NCBI GenBank assembly: GCA_045615665.1
Contig: JAZLFJ010000053.1
Coordinates: forward strand, 89,531 to 153,530
Source: Bacilli bacterium
Lineage (GTDB): Bacteria; Bacillota_I; Bacilli_A; RFN20; CAG-826
Direction of reading: 5' to 3'
Length of the DNA: 64,000 bases
Shown here one piece after another: positions 58,433 to 64,000 of this stretch (positions within the stretch are counted from its first letter, which is position 1; each line of letters begins with the position of its first letter). The notes under the pieces were generated by a model that did no database searches, was not told where the DNA came from, and was given only the letters and a program-made list of their open reading frames with translations. The translations under genes were made by a program, and so were the position numbers.

Positions 58433-60982
58433 CTAATTTAGCTCGGCAAGTTTCTTTTTAAATTCAGCGAGTTTATTCTTTTCAAGTTCAACCTTCTCTT
58501 TAGGTGCTTTAGAGACGAAATTTGGATTATTTAGCATGCCTTCGCTACGCGCAATTTCAGCTTTTAAGAAAGCGATGTCTTTTGCTCTTTTAGCCTCTAA
58601 TTCTTCTTTAGAAATTTCATCTTCGATATAAAGATTCATCTTCTTATAGGCAAATCTCATTCCTTTCGAAGTTGTTTTAGAAGTGAGAATAATTTCTTTA
58701 GCAAAGCTAAATCTTGCCAAATATTCTTCGAATCCTTTAAAGATATTCTCACCTTCAACAATGAAGCGAAGTTTGTAATTTGGAGCGAGTTTATTGCTCA
58801 CTTTATAGTTACGAATATCTTGAATCATCTTATAGAGATTTTCGACTTGTTCGATATCATTTTCAGGAATATCTAAAGGTTTAACATATTCTTCGATCAT
58901 GATTGATTTCTTATGCTCAGGAAGAGCTAAATAAAGTTCTTCGCCAATAAATGGAGCGAAAGGATAAATCATAATAATTATATTCTTAAGAATATAAACT
59001 AGAACCGATTTAACAATCTTTTTATATTCATCATCACCTTTTTGTAAAGAGACTTTAGACATCTCTAAATATGATGAACAGAAATCATCATAAACGAAAT
59101 TGTATAAATATGATGATGCCATCGAATATTCATATTTATCCATAAATGATGTGACGGATTTAATTGTTTTATTTAGTTTAACTAAGATATCCTTTTCAAC
59201 TTCATGAAGTTTATCAAACTTAAAGTCGACTGGTTTAAAATCTTCACCTAGGCTTTCTAAAACATATCTAGCGGAGTTCCAGATTTTATTAAGATAATTC
59301 GCACTGCTTTGAACTTTTTCTTCGATGTAACGAATATCTTGTCCTGGAGCAGAACCGGTTGTTAAGAAATATCTTAAAGCATCAACACCATATTTATCGA
59401 TTACATCGATAGGATCAATGCCGTTTCCAAGTGATTTAGACATTTTACGACCTTGTGAGTCACGAATTAAACCATGAATTAAGCAATCTTTAAATGGCGA
59501 TTCACCAGTAAATTCAAGGGAATCAAAAATCATTCTTGAAACCCAGAAGAAAATGATGTCATACGCGGTCACTAAAAGTGAATTTGGGAAATAACGTTTA
59601 TAATCTTCTGATTCAGTGTTTGGCCAACCTAAGGTTGCAAATGGCCAAAGAGCGCTGGAGAACCAGGTATCCAAAACGTCTTCGTCTTGATAATAATTTG
59701 GATCATTTATCGGAGTCTCGCTAACGATGATGTCGCCAGTTTGCTTATTGTAATAAGCAGGAATGCGGTGTCCCCACCAAAGCTGCCTTGAGATGCACCA
59801 ATCATCAACATTTTCCATCCATTGTCTAAAGGTATTTGAGAATCTATTTGGAACAAAGTTGACGCTCGATTTGTTTAAAGCTTGTTCAGCAAGTGGGCGC
59901 ATCTTCACGAACCATTGTTTCATAAGCATCGGTTCCACTACTGTGTGACTTCTTTCAGAATGGCCGACAGTGTGGACGATATCTTCAATCTTAATTAGAC
60001 GTCCATCTTTTTCGATTTGTTTAACAAGTTCATCACGGCATTCATAGCGGTCCATTCCCTTGTATCTACCGCAATTTTCATTCATCTTGGCATTTAAATC
60101 CATGCAAATAATACGAGGAAGATTATATTTTTCGCTTAGGGCGAAGTCATTAGGGTCGTGAGCTGGAGTACATTTCATCGCTCCTGTACCAAATTCAATA
60201 TCGACATATTCATCACCCATGATTGGAAGAGCTTCTCCATTAGCAGGATTAATGACCTTTTTACCAATTAAATGTTTGTAGCGTTTATCCTTTGGATTAA
60301 CAAAGACTGCGACATCACCAAACATCGTCTCTGGTCTTGTGGTCGCAACAACTAAATATTCTTTAGAATCAACGATTGGATATTTAAAATAATAAAATTT
60401 ACCTTTATCTTCGCTATATTCAACTTCAATATTGCTTAAAGCAGTCTTTAATTCAGGGTCAAAATTGATGATTCTTTCACCACGGTAGATTAAACCTTTG
60501 TCGTAAAGGGTCTTAAAAACGTGAAGAACTGCTTTATTAAGAGATTCATCTAAAGTGAATCTTTCACGGCTATAATCGAGCATTAAGCCCATTTTTGCCC
60601 ATTGTTTATGAATATTGTCAGCGTATTCTTTTTTCCATTCCCAAGCTTTTTCTAAAAACTTTTCACGTCCAAGGTCATATCTTGATATTCCTTCGGAGCG
60701 TAGCTTTTCTTCAACTTTAGCTTGGGTAGCTATACCAGCATGATCCATGCCAGCGAGCCACATTACATCGTAGCCTTGGAGTTTTTTATATCTAGCAGTT
60801 ATATCTTGAATGGTCGTATTCCAAGCATGACCTAAATGTAATTTTCCAGTAACATTTGGTGGAGGAATAACCATTGAAAAAGGCTGTTTAGTTTTATCAC
60901 CCGCGGTGAAATAACCTTCCTTTTTCCAGTTTTCATATTTTCCTTCTTCAACTTTTTTTGGTTCATAGCGTTTTTCAAGCAT
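58433..60982 (-). CDS. valS: Valine--tRNA ligase
   Basis: PNVTGKLHLGHA (HIGH) and KMSKS motifs, with a coiled-coil C-terminus. T-box leader upstream. Confidence 0.97.
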   Translation of the reverse strand: MLEKRYEPKKVEEGKYENWKKEGYFTAGDKTKQPFSMVIPPPNVTGKLHLGHAWNTTIQDITARYKKLQGYDVMWLAGMDHAGIATQAKVEEKLRSEGISRYDLGREKFLEKAWEWKKEYADNIHKQWAKMGLMLDYSRERFTLDESLNKAVLHVFKTLYDKGLIYRGERIINFDPELKTALSNIEVEYSEDKGKFYYFKYPIVDSKEYLVVATTRPETMFGDVAVFVNPKDKRYKHLIGKKVINPANGEALPIMGDEYVDIEFGTGAMKCTPAHDPNDFALSEKYNLPRIICMDLNAKMNENCGRYKGMDRYECRDELVKQIEKDGRLIKIEDIVHTVGHSERSHTVVEPMLMKQWFVKMRPLAEQALNKSSVNFVPNRFSNTFRQWMENVDDWCISRQLWWGHRIPAYYNKQTGDIIVSETPINDPNYYQDEDVLDTWFSSALWPFATLGWPNTESEDYKRYFPNSLLVTAYDIIFFWVSRMIFDSLEFTGESPFKDCLIHGLIRDSQGRKMSKSLGNGIDPIDVIDKYGVDALRYFLTTGSAPGQDIRYIEEKVQSSANYLNKIWNSARYVLESLGEDFKPVDFKFDKLHEVEKDILVKLNKTIKSVTSFMDKYEYSMASSYLYNFVYDDFCSSYLEMSKVSLQKGDDEYKKIVKSVLVYILKNIIIMIYPFAPFIGEELYLALPEHKKSIMIEEYVKPLDIPENDIEQVENLYKMIQDIRNYKVSNKLAPNYKLRFIVEGENIFKGFEEYLARFSFAKEIILTSKTTSKGMRFAYKKMNLYIEDEISKEELEAKRAKDIAFLKAEIARSEGMLNNPNFVSKAPKEKVELEKNKLAEFKKKLAELN

Positions 60983-61003
60983 ACATTTTCCTCCTAGATA
61001 AAT

Positions 61004-61215
61004 AAAAAACGTCCCACATAAGGACGCTAAGAGCGCGGTACCACCTTAATTCTATAACCTAGTTATAGCTCTCGATTATCTTTATCGCAGATATACGGAA
61101 TATTCCTATTCAGCCTAACAAGCGACAACATTTAGGGTTTAGGTAGCTATTCCACCGCTGCGCTACTCTCTAAACTAAACTTAACTAAATATCCTCTTGC
61201 TCAAACGGCACTTAA
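61004..61215 (-). promoter_or_regulatory. T-box riboswitch leader of valS
   Basis: AGAGAG stem-I box and the conserved T-box sequence GGTGGTACCGCG (61045-61034). Terminator CGTCC..GGACG plus a T-run (61027-61004). Adjacent GUU GUC valine codons at 61129-61124 are specifier candidates. Confidence 0.8.
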
Positions 61216-61243
61216 ATTATAACAAAGTAGGTGAATTAGACAA
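61216..61243 (-). promoter_or_regulatory. Promoter of the valS T-box leader
   Basis: TTGTCT, 16-nt spacer, TATAAT, with TG at the extended -10 position. Confidence 0.65.
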
Positions 61244-61246
61244 TTA

Positions 61247-61825
61247 TTATTGTTTAATTGCCTTACTTATCTTTGACTTTAGTAAATCTATTCCCACGTT
61301 TTTTGTCGAGGAAATAGCAATGAATTCATCTTCTTTTATAGTGCTAGCAATATTCTTTTTCATCGCTGCTTTTTCACTTTGATTAAGTTTATCGATTTTT
61401 GAAGCGACAAGAAGGAAAGGAATATCATTATCTATAATAAAATTATAGAAATCGACATCGTTCGCTCCTAGTTTGTGTCTAGAATCAACGATAAAAATAA
61501 CTAGTTTCAAATTCGGATTTTTGAAATATTCTTCCATCATTTTAGCAAAATTATCAAGATGGCGCGATCCACTGGCGGTATAGCCATATCCTGGAGCGTC
61601 CACCAAATAGAAAGAATCATCAACTTCAAAATAATTTAGAAGTTTCGTGAATCCTGGCTTTGATGAAGTGAAAGCTAATGATTTGTTGTTTGCTAGAGCG
61701 TTGATTAAAGATGATTTTCCGACATTTGATTTACCCACAAAAAGGACCTCTGGGAGATCCTTCGTGGGTTTATCTAAATATGAAGTCGCACTTTTTATAA
61801 AGGCGATTTTATGGAAATTGATCAT
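61247..61825 (-). CDS. engB: Ribosome-biogenesis GTPase EngB/YsxC
   Basis: GKSNVGKSSLIN, DAPGYG and SKIDK motifs. Follows lon as in Bacillus. Confidence 0.9.
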   Translation of the reverse strand: MINFHKIAFIKSATSYLDKPTKDLPEVLFVGKSNVGKSSLINALANNKSLAFTSSKPGFTKLLNYFEVDDSFYLVDAPGYGYTASGSRHLDNFAKMMEEYFKNPNLKLVIFIVDSRHKLGANDVDFYNFIIDNDIPFLLVASKIDKLNQSEKAAMKKNIASTIKEDEFIAISSTKNVGIDLLKSKISKAIKQ

Positions 61826-64000
61826 TTTACTAAGGCGATTTTTAAAGCATCATCGACATTGTTCATATAGATGATTTTGACCGCGTCTTTAACTTCCTTT
61901 GGAAGTTCACTAACATCCTTTTTGTTCTCACTTGGAACGATGATTGTCTTTATTCCTGAACGAAGTGCAGCGAGTGATTTTTCTCTTAAACCACCAATTG
62001 GTAAAGCATTACCTCTTAAAGTAACTTCACCAGTCATTGCTACATCGTTGTTTACAGGAATTTTTGTAAATAATGAAACAATGGCTGTAGTTAACGCCAC
62101 ACCAGCACTTGGTCCATCTTTTGGAACAGCGCCTTCTGGAACGTGAATATGAATATCGTTATCTGAGAATAGTTTCGAATCGATTTTATATCTATTCGCA
62201 TTACTTCTAACGTAGTCATAAGCAATTGTGGCCGATTCTTTCATCACGTCGCCAAGTTTACCAGTGAGGACAAGATTTCCCTTTCCAGGGAAATAATTGA
62301 CTTCAATTGGTAAGATATCACCACCATATTGAGTATAGGCTAAGCCAGTGACAACACCGACTTGTGGTTTCTTTTCTTTCTTGGTGTTATCAAAAAGTGG
62401 AGCACCTAAATATTTATTAATAACTTCAGGAGTGACTTCAACTTTTTTGAGTTCTTTATTTGAAAGAAGTTCAACCACCGCTTTTCTCATAACGGATGCA
62501 ACTTTACGTTCGAGTTCACGAACCCCGGCTTCACGAGTGTATTTTTGAATTAGATAATGATATGCTTCATCACCAATTGAAATTTGACGAGATTTTAAGC
62601 CATTCGCTTCTAGTTGTTTCTTAAATAAGAAACCTTTAGCGATTTTGACCTTCTCATATTCGGTGTAAGAATTCACTTCAATGAGTTCTAACCTATCGCG
62701 AAGAGGAGCAGGAATATTTTCTAAATAGTTCGCTGTACAGATGAATAAGACATTGCTTAAATCATATGGTTCTTCAAGATAATTGTCATTGAAAGCGAAA
62801 TTCTGTTCTGGGTCTAAGACTTCAAGAAGAGCAGAGGCTGGATCGCCTTTGTAGCTTGAAGCAAGTTTATCGACTTCGTCGAGAAGGAAAACAGGATTGA
62901 TGACTCCAACGCGTTTCATACCTGAGATAATACGTCCAGGCATTGAACCAACGTATGTACGTCTATGTCCACGGATTTCAGCTTCATCGGAAATACCACC
63001 TAAAGAGGCTTTAAAGAATTTTCTTCCAAGCGCTCTAGCGATTGATTTTCCTAAGGAAGTTTTTCCACATCCTGGAGGTCCATAGAAACAAAGGATTGGA
63101 GCCTTTAAATTACCAGTCATCTTCTTGACTGCTAAATATTCAACGATACGTTTTTTAACGTCAACAAGACCATAATGGTCTTCATCTAAAATTTTCTTAA
63201 CATTTTCGATATCATCATTGTCTTTAGTTTCTTCATACCAAGGCACATCCATAAGTGTTTGGATATAAGACATAATTAAAGATGATTCAAGCGATGCTTG
63301 AGGCATCATCGAATAACGTTTTAATTCGTTTTTAACTTTCGCCTTAACGTGTTCTGGATAAGGATTTTCTTCGAGTCTTTTACGAATCGAATCTTCATCG
63401 TCGGCGCTTTCATCGCCTTCACCGAGTTCCTTTTTAATAGCGCGAAGCTTTTCTCTTAAAATGTAATCTCTTTGTTGCTTTTCGGTTGATTGGGCAACAT
63501 TTTTCGAAATTTCATTGTCGATTTTAGCTTCTTCGATTGCTTCTCTTATAGAGGTTAAGACAAATTCGAGACGATTATCGACAATATTTTCACTTAAAAG
63601 AGTTTGTCGGCCTTCATCGGTTAAAGGAAGGTAAGGACCTAAAAAATCAGGTAATTCTCTTGGATCGGCGCCTTTGGTGGTTATTTCCACTAAAGCGGTT
63701 CTTGGAATCATTGAAGTGATTTGAGGAACATTTTGAAGTGAAGAGACAATAGCTTTAGTTAAAGAGATAACTTTTCTTTCATCGCTAATGACATCTTCAA
63801 GTTTTTCACTATCAGCAACAAAGAAACCAGCAGCGTCGAAAGAAACGTTATTGATGCGCACTCTTGCGCTACCCATGATACGGACGCGAACATAGGTTTT
63901 CATATCGCTATAGGATGTGATTCGGCACAAAGTGCCGACTTCATACAAATCCTTTTGAGTTGGAACATCCACTGCCACATCTTTTTGAGAAACGACAAGG
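61822..64000 (-). CDS. lon: Lon protease (5-prime end lies beyond the window)
   Basis: GPPGCGKTS Walker A and the PKDGPSAGV catalytic serine. The reading frame stays open to the window edge. Confidence 0.9.
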   Translation of the reverse strand, partial: LVVSQKDVAVDVPTQKDLYEVGTLCRITSYSDMKTYVRVRIMGSARVRINNVSFDAAGFFVADSEKLEDVISDERKVISLTKAIVSSLQNVPQITSMIPRTALVEITTKGADPRELPDFLGPYLPLTDEGRQTLLSENIVDNRLEFVLTSIREAIEEAKIDNEISKNVAQSTEKQQRDYILREKLRAIKKELGEGDESADDEDSIRKRLEENPYPEHVKAKVKNELKRYSMMPQASLESSLIMSYIQTLMDVPWYEETKDNDDIENVKKILDEDHYGLVDVKKRIVEYLAVKKMTGNLKAPILCFYGPPGCGKTSLGKSIARALGRKFFKASLGGISDEAEIRGHRRTYVGSMPGRIISGMKRVGVINPVFLLDEVDKLASSYKGDPASALLEVLDPEQNFAFNDNYLEEPYDLSNVLFICTANYLENIPAPLRDRLELIEVNSYTEYEKVKIAKGFLFKKQLEANGLKSRQISIGDEAYHYLIQKYTREAGVRELERKVASVMRKAVVELLSNKELKKVEVTPEVINKYLGAPLFDNTKKEKKPQVGVVTGLAYTQYGGDILPIEVNYFPGKGNLVLTGKLGDVMKESATIAYDYVRSNANRYKIDSKLFSDNDIHIHVPEGAVPKDGPSAGVALTTAIVSLFTKIPVNNDVAMTGEVTLRGNALPIGGLREKSLAALRSGIKTIIVPSENKKDVSELPKEVKDAVKIIYMNNVDDALKIALVK

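Overview
This is an AT-rich Firmicutes/Tenericutes-type chromosomal window. It uses the standard genetic code, since TGA closes nusB and hrcA and no conserved gene needs TGA as a sense codon. I call 62 protein genes, nearly all housekeeping, and the order closely follows the Bacillus subtilis yqe/yqf, dnaK, comE and parEC neighbourhoods. The run is: Asp23-like, nusB, xseAB, dxs, dinB, xerD, deoB; Crp/Fnr regulator and a two-gene ABC importer; then on the minus strand rsfS, nadD-yqeK, yqeH, yqeG, parCE, efp, rpmG, nfo, cshB, nif3, trmK, sigA, dnaG, glyQS, recO, era, cdd, ybeY, rpsU, deoC, rpmF, mtaB, rsmE, dnaJ/dnaK/grpE/hrcA, hemW, lepA, fmt, holA, comEC/comEA, valS, engB and lon. Plus-strand islands hold plsY, ispG, ispH, rpsT and an adenylation-carrier gene. 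Two ribosomal protein genes below the ORF-track cutoff (rpsU, rpmG) were recovered by hand. Gene orientation converges at about 9.8-10.0 kb, and a 28-bp XerCD dif-like site sits there, so the window probably spans the replication terminus. No rRNA, tRNA, CRISPR array, transposon or prophage is visible. Known regulatory elements are tandem CIRCE operators at hrcA, a valine T-box ahead of valS, and many hairpin terminators. The best candidate for something undescribed is a C39 double-glycine peptidase fused to a membrane domain with no ABC ATPase, inserted between rpsU and ybeY. Its terminator-insulated upstream region shares a 25-position, identically spaced bipartite motif with the comEA-comEC competence operon. 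Other notable signals: (1) a five-copy oriented direct-repeat element, TTAGTA-N5-TTAGTAGTT, always just 3-prime of a co-oriented stop codon; (2) a (CT)7 tract forming the -35/-10 spacer of a surface-protein gene that also carries an in-frame 42-bp duplication; (3) a Fic-fold protein with a degenerate active site; (4) a PD-(D/E)XK nuclease fused to an XPD/DinG helicase; (5) a stand-alone adenylation-carrier didomain; (6) several consensus promoters placed 6-7 nt from start codons, implying leaderless mRNAs. All calls come from manual reading of the sequence and translations. No database search or computation was run.
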